From assembly GCA_937941575.1 (NCBI GenBank), contig CALDHH010000001.1, positions 1 through 47,872 of the forward strand: 47,872 nucleotides of DNA. The letters are read 5' to 3'. Position numbers and translations under genes: made by a program. This document shows, piece after piece, positions 35,987-45,570 of this stretch; positions within the stretch are counted from its first letter, which is position 1; every line of letters starts with the position of its first letter. This DNA is from an uncultured Alphaproteobacteria bacterium. GTDB taxonomy: Bacteria > Pseudomonadota > Alphaproteobacteria > Micavibrionales > CSBR16-224. The notes under the pieces are model-generated. The model did no database searches and was not told the DNA's origin. It saw only the letters and a list, made by a program, of their open reading frames with translations.

Positions 35987-38522
35987 AGTTTTTAATCTGT
36001 TTATTTATTGTATCAGGAAGTTTGTAAGCACCCAAATTATATTTTATAACATTTTGTAAACTACCTTCTAATACAAGGTTTAATTTCACTTCTCTGCCAT
36101 CAAAGAAATCAGGATTATGACCGCTAGCTTTCAGCTCAATTTTTTGGCCAATGAGGTCATCATCGATTTTTAATTGCAGATCTTTATAATTAAAACTTTC
36201 CAATACAGTCCGCAGATAAGTTATATTTTCATTATCCGCATTTTTTAAAAATTCAGGCATTGAATCAACACTATATTCAATCAAGCCACCTTGTGGGGAG
36301 GTCAGCAAGCCATCATGCAAAGCAAATGATAGATCATCACGAATTGTAAGTGGGATTGTACCTGTAACAAATCCAGAAGCTGTAACCCCCTTTAATGTTG
36401 CAATTTCAAATATATTTTGTAGGTTTAAAGCATCAATTTCTAAAATTATTTCAGTATTCGGCTTGTCTAAATTCATTTTAAAAGGTCTAGACTTAATTGT
36501 GCCACCTGCGATCTCTAGCGATGCTTTATTCACAGTTAAATCCTTATCCTTTAATGAGATATTCATTAAAACATTACCAAATGGAAAATCTTCGCCAAAA
36601 GATTCAATTGAGATATCTTGTTTATTAATTGTAATAGGGGAGATATCGCTTATCTTGGCAACTGTATTTATGTTTTTTAAGGAAATGTCATCAGTATCGA
36701 TACTAAAACTCTTTAATAATAGATCACCTTTGCCATCAATTTTATTTTTATTCCAAGCAATATTACCTCGATAACCAAAGCTACCTTTGGCATTATTGAC
36801 CTTATTTTTTAGCATAGGTAGGAGATCATCTGGTTGGATATTATTATTAAAAGTAAACTCTTCTATATCCAGATTAACATCACCTTTATTAGATTTAACA
36901 TTATGTTTGCCATTGAAGCTAATATTGACTTTGTTTTTAATAACGGCCTTACCATTTAACTTGATCTGCTTATTTAAATCACCGGATAGCTTAATATTAC
37001 TATTGAATTTAGGTAGTTTAACATCAACACCATTTATCATTATATTATTTGCATTAATGGTACTATTAATCACCGCTAGGTTTTTTAAATCGCCTTTTAT
37101 ATTAAAACTATCACTATCAATTTTATATCTATCGTATTTTGCAAATAGATCTCCTGCATCTGTTTTAAAAGTAATTTTCTTAAATTCTATATCAGAATTA
37201 ATATCAATCTTTCCATTATATTTAATCTGGTCTTTACCATGATAAAGCTCAAGCCCGACTGGCAATTTTATCTGTATTTTTTCTTTATCTATTAGTTTAG
37301 CAATGATGGACGATTTACTTGATTTTATTGTGGTTTTTATAGTTTTGCCTTGGATAGAACCTACAAAATCAATATTATCATTTGACTTTAATTCAATGAT
37401 ATTATCTTTTTGGCTAAACTTAAATTTGGAAGAGATATTGGCTTTTTTGATATAATTCTGAATTGATAAATTATTGGTCTTTAAAGAAATATCGCCTGAC
37501 AACTCTTTCCAATCTTGTGCATTGGCAGTCATTTCTTGTAAGCCATTAATATTCAGCTTTAGATCAATATCTCCTGATAAATCTTTGGCAAATTCTTGTT
37601 TTATATTTTCTAAATTAGTAGCAATTAATTCTATTTTACCTTGTAATTTTAGCATCTCATCTTCTGCTTTAGCTAAATTAAGATCAATATTAAATGATGA
37701 ATTATCAGTTACCCCAGATGACTTTAATTGCTGTTCTTTATTATCACCATGATATTTAAGTTTAATATTTTCAAAAGGTATTTCTAATAAATTCAACTCT
37801 TTAAATTTCAAATCAGCCGATTGGGCGCTATTAGATAATAAGAACTGACCCGAGCTGTCTTTGACTTCTATCCCAAATAAATTAAGATCCAATTTCTTAA
37901 TATTCGAGACAATATTATATTCAAAATTATCTTTTACTTCACCAGATAGCTTAATATCAGTAGATAGGTTTTCATGATTATTCTTTACGGATGATTTTAT
38001 ATTAAATGAATTATCATCTGATTTTTCAATTAAGGAAGTTATATTAAATTTGAAATTGCCAAATTGGCTAAATAAACTTAAATTGCTATCTAATATTTGG
38101 ATAATATCAATTGGGATATTTAAAGGGGTCTTATCGCTATTTTCAGATTTAAAGCTAATGGTTTGATCAATTATTTTTATATTATCATTACTTAAATATG
38201 TGTTGATATCTGCCTTGGCTATTATTAGTTCCTTGATCTGCTTATTTTTATAGTCAGGGATTATTTTAATACGAGAGATTATGTCTTTATCAGTTATCTT
38301 GATATCATTAAATTCGATGGATTTAGTATTCAAGCTTAACTTCCCAATCTGAAATTCTGAAAAACCTCGTTTATGCAATTGGCTTTCAATTACGTTTTTA
38401 AGAATCATTGGGGCGGCAAATAGGACTATCCCTATCAATATAAAGACAAATATTAATGAATAGAAAATTCGCTTGGGAGCTTTATTCTTCTTTTTATCTT
38501 GATTATTCAAATCTTTATCCAT
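35961..38522 (-). CDS. ydbH: YdbH-like AsmA-family intermembrane lipid-transport protein
   Basis: 853 aa, N-terminal TM anchor, long beta-rich Asn/Lys/Ile-rich body, and the conserved ydbH-ynbE-ydbL gene order. Confidence 0.8.
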   Translation of the reverse strand: MDKDLNNQDKKKNKAPKRIFYSLIFVFILIGIVLFAAPMILKNVIESQLHKRGFSEFQIGKLSLNTKSIEFNDIKITDKDIISRIKIIPDYKNKQIKELIIAKADINTYLSNDNIKIIDQTISFKSENSDKTPLNIPIDIIQILDSNLSLFSQFGNFKFNITSLIEKSDDNSFNIKSSVKNNHENLSTDIKLSGEVKDNFEYNIVSNIKKLDLNLFGIEVKDSSGQFLLSNSAQSADLKFKELNLLEIPFENIKLKYHGDNKEQQLKSSGVTDNSSFNIDLNLAKAEDEMLKLQGKIELIATNLENIKQEFAKDLSGDIDLKLNINGLQEMTANAQDWKELSGDISLKTNNLSIQNYIKKANISSKFKFSQKDNIIELKSNDNIDFVGSIQGKTIKTTIKSSKSSIIAKLIDKEKIQIKLPVGLELYHGKDQIKYNGKIDINSDIEFKKITFKTDAGDLFAKYDRYKIDSDSFNIKGDLKNLAVINSTINANNIMINGVDVKLPKFNSNIKLSGDLNKQIKLNGKAVIKNKVNISFNGKHNVKSNKGDVNLDIEEFTFNNNIQPDDLLPMLKNKVNNAKGSFGYRGNIAWNKNKIDGKGDLLLKSFSIDTDDISLKNINTVAKISDISPITINKQDISIESFGEDFPFGNVLMNISLKDKDLTVNKASLEIAGGTIKSRPFKMNLDKPNTEIILEIDALNLQNIFEIATLKGVTASGFVTGTIPLTIRDDLSFALHDGLLTSPQGGLIEYSVDSMPEFLKNADNENITYLRTVLESFNYKDLQLKIDDDLIGQKIELKASGHNPDFFDGREVKLNLVLEGSLQNVIKYNLGAYKLPDTINKQIKNYESKKNEN

Positions 38523-38639
38523 CTTTATTTATGCTATGCCTTATTATAATGAAATTATTGCTACTATTTTTTATTGTCATTATACAAATAATGTTTCATA
38601 TTCCGAGAGTAAAATTAAATTAACTATGGAGAATTACAA

Positions 38640-39053
38640 ATGTTTATAAGCCCAGCCTTCGCATCAGACGCGGTAGAAGCAGCATCAGAACCAAATGCTT
38701 TGATATCTTTCATTCCTTTATTGATAGTATTTGTTATTTTTTATCTAATGGTGATCAAGCCACAGAATAAAAGAATTAAAGATCATAGAGGAATGGTATC
38801 CAACCTTAGAAAAGGCGATAAAATCGTAACTCAAGGTGGGTTGTTAGCTGTTGTTAAAAAACTTGTTGGTGAAGATGAAGTGTTATTAGAGCTAAGCAAA
38901 GGCGTTGAAGTAACTGCTTTAAGAAATTCAATAATGTCGACAAGATCACTATCTGCGCCAGAGCCAGAAGATGCAAAAGTTAAAGCAAAAGCTAAGACTG
39001 ATGTAAAACCTGCTCCTAAAGCAAAGACAAAGGCAAAAGCAGTTAAAAAATAG
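38640..39053 (+). CDS. yajC: Preprotein translocase subunit YajC with a Lys/Ala-rich C-terminal tail
   Basis: LIPLLIVFVIFYLMVIKPQNKRIKDHRGMVSNLRKGDKIVTQGGLLAVV, plus the tail KVKAKAKTDVKPAPKAKTKAKAVKK. Confidence 0.9.
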   Translation: MFISPAFASDAVEAASEPNALISFIPLLIVFVIFYLMVIKPQNKRIKDHRGMVSNLRKGDKIVTQGGLLAVVKKLVGEDEVLLELSKGVEVTALRNSIMSTRSLSAPEPEDAKVKAKAKTDVKPAPKAKTKAKAVKK

Positions 39054-39089
39054 ATTAAGTTTTTTAGTTATTTAATATAGAGAGTAGTC

Positions 39090-40631
39090 ATGGTTCATTT
39101 CGAAAAATGGAAAATTATTTTATGTGCGCTAGTTGTTGTGTTTGGCTTTGCTTATGCTTTACCAAATATCATTAATGTCGATAAATTACCAAGCTTTATG
39201 CCACAAGATAAAGTTAGCTTAGGTTTAGATTTACAAGGTGGCTCGCACTTATTAGTCGAAGTAGATACAAATATAGTATTTAAAGAGCGATTTGAATCAA
39301 TGGAAGATGGCATACGCTCAGAATTCCGTGCAGAGAAAATTGGCTATACTGGTCTTAATGCTGGAATGGAAAGCTTGAAATTTAAATTGCGTGATTTGGA
39401 AGATAGAGAAGATGCATATAGTATTGCCAAAACTATCGAAGAAGATCTTGAAATAAATATTGAAGATAATGGTGAGTTTACAATTAGCTTTTTACCACAA
39501 GGCGTTACTAAGATTAAAAACCAAGTGATTGCCCAATCAATGGAAATTATCCGTAGGCGTATTGATGAAACTGGAACAAAAGAGCCAGTAATTCAACAGC
39601 AAGGGTTAAATAGGGTAGTTGTACAATTACCAGGAGTTGAGAACCCAGAGGAAGTTAAAAGATTAATTGGTAAAACTGCAAAAATGTCATTCCATATGGT
39701 TGATGATGCAGCATCTAATACTGGTAAAACATCACCAAGTTCGAAGAAGCTACCTTTAGCAGAAGATAATACTCAGACAATTACGATTAAAAAAAGATCT
39801 CTATTAACTGGTGACATGTTGGTTAATTCACAACCTTCATTCCAAGATGGTCGTCCAGTGGTTAGTTTTAAATTTAACGCAGTTGGTGCAAAAAGATTTT
39901 GTGATGTTACTCGTAAAAATGTGGGACGCCCATTTGCAATTGTATTGGATAGTGAGGTTATTAGTTATCCAAATATAAATGATGCAATTTGTGGTGGTGC
40001 TGGAATAATTTCTGGTGGTTTCTCAGTCGAAGAAGCAAATGATCTATCATTATTATTGCGTGCTGGTGCATTACCTGCTCCATTAAAATTTGTTGAAGAA
40101 CGCACGGTTGGTCCAAGCCTAGGTGCGGATTCAGTTGCTGCGGGTAAAATTGCAAGCTTAGTTGGTATGGCTTTGATATTAGTATTTATGTTCTTAAGCT
40201 ATGGCCTATTTGGTTTATTTGCCAATGTTGCTTTGATTATCAATATGATTTTAATCTTTGCTTTATTATCAAGTTTGGGTGCAACATTAACTCTACCTGG
40301 TATTGCTGGTATCGTCCTAACAATCGGTATGGCAGTTGATGCGAATGTATTAGTGTTTGAAAGAATAAAAGAAGAAATCAGAGCCAGAAGAACTCCAATC
40401 TCTGCAATAGATTCTGGTTATTCACAAGCATTATCAACAATTGTTGATGCGAGTATTACAACCTTAATTGCTGCATTCTTATTATATAGTTTCGGATCAG
40501 GTCCAGTTAAAGGGTTTGCTGTTACATTGGGAATTGGGATCATGACTTCAATGTTCTCAGCGATTATGTTGACACGTTTGATGGTCGTTTTTTGGTTAAA
40601 GAAAAATAAACCAAAAACTCTATCTTTATAA
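39090..40631 (+). CDS. secD: Protein translocase subunit SecD
   Basis: LGLDLQGGSHLL, a periplasmic P1 domain, and C-terminal TM helices with GIAGIVLTIGMAVDANVLVFERIKEE. Confidence 0.93.
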   Translation: MVHFEKWKIILCALVVVFGFAYALPNIINVDKLPSFMPQDKVSLGLDLQGGSHLLVEVDTNIVFKERFESMEDGIRSEFRAEKIGYTGLNAGMESLKFKLRDLEDREDAYSIAKTIEEDLEINIEDNGEFTISFLPQGVTKIKNQVIAQSMEIIRRRIDETGTKEPVIQQQGLNRVVVQLPGVENPEEVKRLIGKTAKMSFHMVDDAASNTGKTSPSSKKLPLAEDNTQTITIKKRSLLTGDMLVNSQPSFQDGRPVVSFKFNAVGAKRFCDVTRKNVGRPFAIVLDSEVISYPNINDAICGGAGIISGGFSVEEANDLSLLLRAGALPAPLKFVEERTVGPSLGADSVAAGKIASLVGMALILVFMFLSYGLFGLFANVALIINMILIFALLSSLGATLTLPGIAGIVLTIGMAVDANVLVFERIKEEIRARRTPISAIDSGYSQALSTIVDASITTLIAAFLLYSFGSGPVKGFAVTLGIGIMTSMFSAIMLTRLMVVFWLKKNKPKTLSL

Positions 40632-40653
40632 AATATTACAAGGATTTAATTAA

Positions 40654-41577
40654 ATGCTTAAATTAGTACCAAATGAAACAAACATAGATTTTCTGGCAAA
40701 GAAGAACTTGATGTTTGTAATCTCAATTATCTTAGTTGCAATTTCAATATTCTCTGGATTTAAAAATGGTTTAAATTTTGGAATTGATTTTACTGGTGGA
40801 ACCTTGGTTGAAATTAGAACCCAAGAGAAAATGGATATAACTGATTTACGTGCAAGATTAGACGGATTAGATATTGGTAACCCAACAATCCAGCAATTCG
40901 GTTCAGATAATGAAATATTAATCCGTATTCCAGAACAATCTAATGGTGAAGATGCACAAAAAATTGCAATGGCATCTGTCCGCGCAGAATTGGGCGATAA
41001 GGTTGAGTATAGACGAGTTGAGTTCGTTGGCCCACAAGTAGGTAAAGAATTAATCAGCGCAGGTGCTAAGGCATTCTTCTTTTCATTAGCTGGCATATTA
41101 ATCTATATCTGGTTACGTTTTGAATGGCAATTTGGTATTGCGGCTGTATTGGCTCTTGCTCATGATACATTCCTAACTATTGGTTTATTCTCAATTACCC
41201 AAATGGAATTTAACCTATCCACTGTGGCTGCTGTTTTAATGATTGCTGGTTATTCGATAAATGATACGGTTGTTGTATTTGATAGAGTGCGTGAGAATAT
41301 GCGAAAATTCGTTAAAAGACCGCTTAGCGAAGTTTTTAACCTATCTTTAAACCAAACATTGTCTAGAACAATCATGACATCGGTTACAACAATGCTTGCT
41401 TTAGTTGCTCTATGGGTATTTGGTGGTGAAGTAATCCGTGGATTTATTAATGCTTTGATCTTTGGTATTATAATTGGAACATATTCATCAATCTTTATTG
41501 CAACCCCTTTATTAAGCTTCATGAAATTACAAAGACGCGAAGTCAAACTAGCGGAAGAAGAAGCTGAAGCAGTTTAA
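40654..41577 (+). CDS. secF: Protein translocase subunit SecF
   Basis: GIDFTGGT, GPQVGKEL, GYSINDTVVVFDRVREN. Confidence 0.93.
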   Translation: MLKLVPNETNIDFLAKKNLMFVISIILVAISIFSGFKNGLNFGIDFTGGTLVEIRTQEKMDITDLRARLDGLDIGNPTIQQFGSDNEILIRIPEQSNGEDAQKIAMASVRAELGDKVEYRRVEFVGPQVGKELISAGAKAFFFSLAGILIYIWLRFEWQFGIAAVLALAHDTFLTIGLFSITQMEFNLSTVAAVLMIAGYSINDTVVVFDRVRENMRKFVKRPLSEVFNLSLNQTLSRTIMTSVTTMLALVALWVFGGEVIRGFINALIFGIIIGTYSSIFIATPLLSFMKLQRREVKLAEEEAEAV

Positions 41578-41580
41578 ATA

Positions 41581-41609
41581 AAAAAAGAGCTTTAGATAGC
41601 TCTTTTTTT
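41581..41609. terminator. Bidirectional rho-independent terminator between secF and the convergent small-protein pair
   Basis: A-run, agagct, a 6-nt loop, agctct, then T7. Confidence 0.65.
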
Positions 41610-41626
41610 GAAGTTTATTGATATTT

Positions 41627-42004
41627 CTACTTACTAGACTTTAAGCTTCTGTCTATATTAATCTTACCTGGTCTATTGTTATCAGTTAGCTTTTCTTCTG
41701 TATATTCTTTGTCTAATTTAAAAAACATAGTTTTCTCTCTAAAAGTAATTTCCTTAACAAAAGGGTATTGCTCTTTAACCTTTCTCTTTAGATCGGTAAA
41801 AGCAGAATCATTATCATTAACTTTTAAATAACCACGTAGGTTAATATTAACTTCAATATGTGCACGCTCTTGATTAAGAAGAATCGCAGAGGTAAGAGCA
41901 GATTCTAAATTGGGTAATACTTTTTCATTAAATATACCGCTTAATGCCTTTTGCCTAAACTCATCATAAGTTCTAGCTGTGTTCTTTTTAGACTTATTAT
42001 CCAT
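41627..42004 (-). CDS. Small hypothetical protein (125 aa), paralog A of a tandem pair
   Basis: Aligns with the upstream 102-aa ORF: IFNEKVLPNLES...NDNDSAFTDLKRKVKE versus YFNKLMPRVNSE...KETDSAFVELKKELME. Confidence 0.5.
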   Translation of the reverse strand: MDNKSKKNTARTYDEFRQKALSGIFNEKVLPNLESALTSAILLNQERAHIEVNINLRGYLKVNDNDSAFTDLKRKVKEQYPFVKEITFREKTMFFKLDKEYTEEKLTDNNRPGKINIDRSLKSSK

Positions 42005-42028
42005 TATTTTACCCTTAGAGTTAGAATA

Positions 42029-42337
42029 TTATGTTTTCAAATTAATAAATATATGCGGTTTACGAAGATTGGCAGCGGAGTGACATTGGACATCGGACAC
42101 TGTACCAGTTTCCATTAACTCTTTTTTTAATTCTACAAAAGCAGAATCTGTTTCTTTTATCTGCATCTTACTTGTATCTATTTCATCAATATTTTGGCAG
42201 ATAATAAGCACGCCCTTACGACTATATTTTATGGCTGCATTAACTTCAGAATTAACTCTCGGCATAAGTTTATTAAAATATTTTTTTAGAATCTCTTGCC
42301 TTTTATCGTCAGTTTCTTTTGAAATAGATTTGCTCAT
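42029..42337 (-). CDS. Small hypothetical protein (102 aa), paralog B of a tandem pair
   Basis: See the previous entry. Lys-rich N-terminus and no recognised family. Confidence 0.5.
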   Translation of the reverse strand: MSKSISKETDDKRQEILKKYFNKLMPRVNSEVNAAIKYSRKGVLIICQNIDEIDTSKMQIKETDSAFVELKKELMETGTVSDVQCHSAANLRKPHIFINLKT

Positions 42338-42379
42338 TATAAAGTCCTTTTTAAATATTGTTTTTATTTTAACCAGGTT

Positions 42380-42408
42380 AACATATTTTATTAAATTCTG
42401 TATGTCAA
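42380..42408 (-). promoter_or_regulatory. Putative sigma70 promoter for the small paralog pair
   Basis: On the minus strand: TTGACA (42408-42403), a 17-nt spacer, then TATGTT (42385-42380). Confidence 0.4.
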
Positions 42409-42410
42409 CA

Positions 42411-42447
42411 AGAAAGGAGAATAAAATTAATTATCCTCCTTTTTTTA
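42411..42447. terminator. Hairpin downstream of sodB
   Basis: aaaggag / ctccttt plus an inner ataa / ttat stem. The T-run is strong on the plus strand and the U-tail is weaker on the minus (sodB) strand. Confidence 0.35.
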
Positions 42448-42468
42448 AACTATATAGTTAGTTTAAGA

Positions 42469-43056
42469 TTATAGATTGCTATTTGCAAAATCCCAGTTAA
42501 CTAGGTTATCTAAGTAAGATGTAATGAAATCTGGACGACGGTTTTGGAAGTCTAGGTAATAAGCATGTTCCCAAACATCACAAACCAATACTGGCTTCAT
42601 ACCATCTGTTAATGGAGTTTCTGCGTTTAATGTTTTAACTATTTCTAATTTACCAGCTGTATTTACAACTAACCATACCCAACCGCTACCGAATTGACCA
42701 ATGCCGTTATTTACAAATTCAGTTTTGAAATTATCAAAGCTTCCGAAATCTGCGTTTATTTTATCTGCAATTGCTCCGGTTGGCTGATTGCCACCTTTTG
42801 GTGATAGGCATTTCCAGAAAAAGCTATGATTGTAATGTTGACCGATATTATTGAATAATGGTCCTAGACCTTGTTTTTTTGCTTCAATAACAACTTCTTC
42901 AATTGATTTGCCTTCTAAGCCAGTTCCAACGATCATTTCATTGGCTTTACCAATATATGCATTATGATGTTTACCATGGTGGTAATCTAATGTCTCAGAC
43001 GACATATGTGGTGCTAATGCTGATTTATCGAATTCTAATTCTGGTAATGTAAACAT
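42469..43056 (-). CDS. sodB: Fe-type superoxide dismutase
   Basis: MFTLPELEFDKSALAPHMS..LDYHHGKHH, GQHYNHSFFW (Gln at the Fe-type position), and DVWEHAYYLD. The start is taken at the internal Met, which has a GAAGGA SD. The track ORF extends to 43092. Confidence 0.92.
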   Translation of the reverse strand: MFTLPELEFDKSALAPHMSSETLDYHHGKHHNAYIGKANEMIVGTGLEGKSIEEVVIEAKKQGLGPLFNNIGQHYNHSFFWKCLSPKGGNQPTGAIADKINADFGSFDNFKTEFVNNGIGQFGSGWVWLVVNTAGKLEIVKTLNAETPLTDGMKPVLVCDVWEHAYYLDFQNRRPDFITSYLDNLVNWDFANSNL

Positions 43057-43158
43057 TGTGTTTCCTTCTGTTTTTAATTGTGCTTGTGTCATTTTATTTC
43101 CCCTTTAAAAATTTGCATTGGTAAATGATAATGAATAATCAGTTTATATCAAGAGTGA

Positions 43159-44187
43159 TTATTTAGATAGGCTATTATTATCATTATTGTGATGGGTCAG
43201 CATCATACTGAACCGTCTTGTATATAAATTTTCCCCTGCCAATTTCTTCTCTATTGGTAGGGTGCAAGTTATACTAGTTCTCTCATTAGATAATTCAAGT
43301 TTTGTTCGGATCTCAATTCTATTCTCACCAATATTTTTTGCCTTTAATTTACCTTGGTTAGAAGCAAAACACTTCAATTTCTTTAGGTCTTTAATCTCAT
43401 CGGTAATTGTAAAGCCAATTACAGGTTCTCTATTATCAGTATAATTATCAATTGGTAATATATCATATGCTGGCAGTGGCTTTGAATGTAATATAGTGCT
43501 TAATCTTTCTATATCAGAATATTCATTTCCTATTTGCAATCTAGGTATTCTTAGGAAATTAGAATTCTCATGGATTAAGCTAGCATCAAGAGTAAAGCCA
43601 CTTAAATCAGGGTAGTTTTTAATAATATTATCTGTTTTTAAGCTATATTCACCAAATGGATAGGCTATTAATTTAGGCTCTGAATTCAGATTATCTCTAT
43701 ATTCATAGATTATCTTATTCAGTTCTGTATTTAATGAAATACCAATATCAATTGATTTGTTTTTATCCAGTTTTTTAATATCTGACCAATCCATATAATG
43801 ATTAGATGAATTTAAATTACTATTCTTAATGAATATCGTGAAAGGTAGCTTCTTATCTTTTAATATTGGCGCAATAATATTCTTAATATATTTCTCTTCG
43901 CCATCAATACTTATACCAATGGTTTTACCAGCTAGATTATCTTTATTCTCTAAGCTTTTGATTATCTCTTTAATGGGTAAAATATTATAATTATTCATTG
44001 ATAGTAAGTTTATATGAGCTTTAAACTCATTTAAGCCAATATTATTATCTTCACCAATGTTTTTATAAGCAAGGATTAGGGCGTAATTACTGTCCTCTTC
44101 TATATCAGCACTTGAAGTTCTTACTTGTAAGTGGCTGAATAATATTAAAATTATTATTATATTTTTAATCAATTTTTCGGACTCCAC
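43159..44187 (-). CDS. Secreted NodB-homology (polysaccharide deacetylase-like) protein with degenerate catalytic motifs
   Basis: Overall deacetylase pattern (LILAYKNIG...FKAHINLL...YNILPIKEI...KTIGISIDGEEKY...PILKDKKLPFTIFI...MDWSDIKKL). TFDDG is replaced by SIDGE, and the HS/TxxH position reads IGISLNTE. GTG start. Confidence 0.55.
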   Translation of the reverse strand: MESEKLIKNIIIILILFSHLQVRTSSADIEEDSNYALILAYKNIGEDNNIGLNEFKAHINLLSMNNYNILPIKEIIKSLENKDNLAGKTIGISIDGEEKYIKNIIAPILKDKKLPFTIFIKNSNLNSSNHYMDWSDIKKLDKNKSIDIGISLNTELNKIIYEYRDNLNSEPKLIAYPFGEYSLKTDNIIKNYPDLSGFTLDASLIHENSNFLRIPRLQIGNEYSDIERLSTILHSKPLPAYDILPIDNYTDNREPVIGFTITDEIKDLKKLKCFASNQGKLKAKNIGENRIEIRTKLELSNERTSITCTLPIEKKLAGENLYTRRFSMMLTHHNNDNNSLSK

Positions 44188-44248
44188 AAATTTGAATTAT
44201 TCCTATATCTTATAGATATATAATCAAATAATAAATAGGAGTAATAAA

Positions 44249-44839
44249 ATGAATAAATCAGTAAATGAAGAAGCTTTGGATATTTTGTTTAGAAAAGCTA
44301 GAACTTATAATAATTGGCAATCAAGGCCAGTTGAAGATGATAAGTTAAAAGCAATTTATGATTTAATGAAAATGGCTCCAACTGGTGCGAATTGTTGTCC
44401 TTTGCGAATTGTATTTGTTAAATCAGATGCAGAGAAAGAAAGATTAAAACCAACATTAATGGGCGCAAATGTTGATAAAACTATGCAAGCTCCTGTAACT
44501 GCTATTCTAGCTTACGATATGGAATTTCATAATGAATTGCCATTTTTATTCCCACATACTGACGCAAAATCTTGGTATGAAGGTAAAGATGCGGCGATTA
44601 AATCAACTGCTGAATTAAACGGATCACTACAAGCGGGCTATTTTATGTTGGCTGCAAGATCATTGGGACTGGATTGTGGTCCAATGGCTGGATTTAATTC
44701 AAAGAAAGTAGATGAAGCATTTTTAAAAGATACAAAATATAAATCATATATCCTTTGTAATTTAGGTTATGGCGATGATGAGGGAATGTTTGATAGATTA
44801 CCAAGATTTGATTTTGATAAGGTTTGTAAAATATGCTGA
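44249..44839 (+). CDS. rutE: Nitroreductase-family protein, RutE-like (malonic semialdehyde reductase type)
   Basis: Near-collinear with E. coli RutE at the same 196-aa length: LFRKARTYNNWQSRPV, MKMAPTGANCCPLRIVFV, ERLKP, APVTAILAYD, LPFLFPH.DAKSW, GLDCGPMAGF, LGYGD, RLPRFDF. Confidence 0.8.
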   Translation: MNKSVNEEALDILFRKARTYNNWQSRPVEDDKLKAIYDLMKMAPTGANCCPLRIVFVKSDAEKERLKPTLMGANVDKTMQAPVTAILAYDMEFHNELPFLFPHTDAKSWYEGKDAAIKSTAELNGSLQAGYFMLAARSLGLDCGPMAGFNSKKVDEAFLKDTKYKSYILCNLGYGDDEGMFDRLPRFDFDKVCKIC

Positions 44840-45489
44840 TCCTATCTTTGGATAGCTCACAATCGAATTGCTCAGTATCCTTATTAAAAGATGATAAAGT
44901 AATTGAAACTTCACTAAATAGCACCCCAAGAGAACAATCTCAGCTATTGGTGCCAATGATTCAGTCAATGCTTGAAAATTATGATTCAGAGCTTAAAGAT
45001 GTAGATTTATTTACTGTTACTACAGGGCCTGGAAGTTTTACGGGTATTAGAATTGGGCTAGCCACCATGCGTGGCTTTTCAATTGCATTGGATAAGCCTT
45101 TAATGGGTATACCGACTTTTGACGTCTATTTTGATGCTTATTCAGAAAAGAATAGGGAATTATTAGTAGTCCTAGAATCTTTAAGAAAAGAGCTATTCTT
45201 TCAATATTATAATTCAGATGGTTCTTATAAATATCCTGCTGTTAATAGCTTGACGGAAGATTTACAATTTGATGTAGCTAGTGATGTAATAATTGCTGGT
45301 AATGCAGTTAATAAATTTGATAATTCTTTAGAGGAAGTACAAGTAAATCTATCTGAATGTCTTGGGATAATGGCTTATAAGAAATATATTAAAGGTGATT
45401 GTAATATCGAAGGTTATCCAGCCATTCCTTATTATATGCGTGATCCGGATGTAACAACATCTAATAAAAAGATAAGGCAGATAAAGTAA
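44833..45489 (+). CDS. tsaB: tRNA t6A37 biosynthesis protein TsaB (YeaZ)
   Basis: MLILSLDSS..NCSVSLL and GPGSFTGIRIGLATMRG. It overlaps the previous gene by 7 nt. Confidence 0.85.
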   Translation: MLILSLDSSQSNCSVSLLKDDKVIETSLNSTPREQSQLLVPMIQSMLENYDSELKDVDLFTVTTGPGSFTGIRIGLATMRGFSIALDKPLMGIPTFDVYFDAYSEKNRELLVVLESLRKELFFQYYNSDGSYKYPAVNSLTEDLQFDVASDVIIAGNAVNKFDNSLEEVQVNLSECLGIMAYKKYIKGDCNIEGYPAIPYYMRDPDVTTSNKKIRQIK

Positions 45490-45570
45490 TTATAAGTATA
45501 AGTTAAGTAATTATTCACCAAGTATTGCTATAATAAATTTGTGTGTGATATTGAAATTAAGGATGTAATA

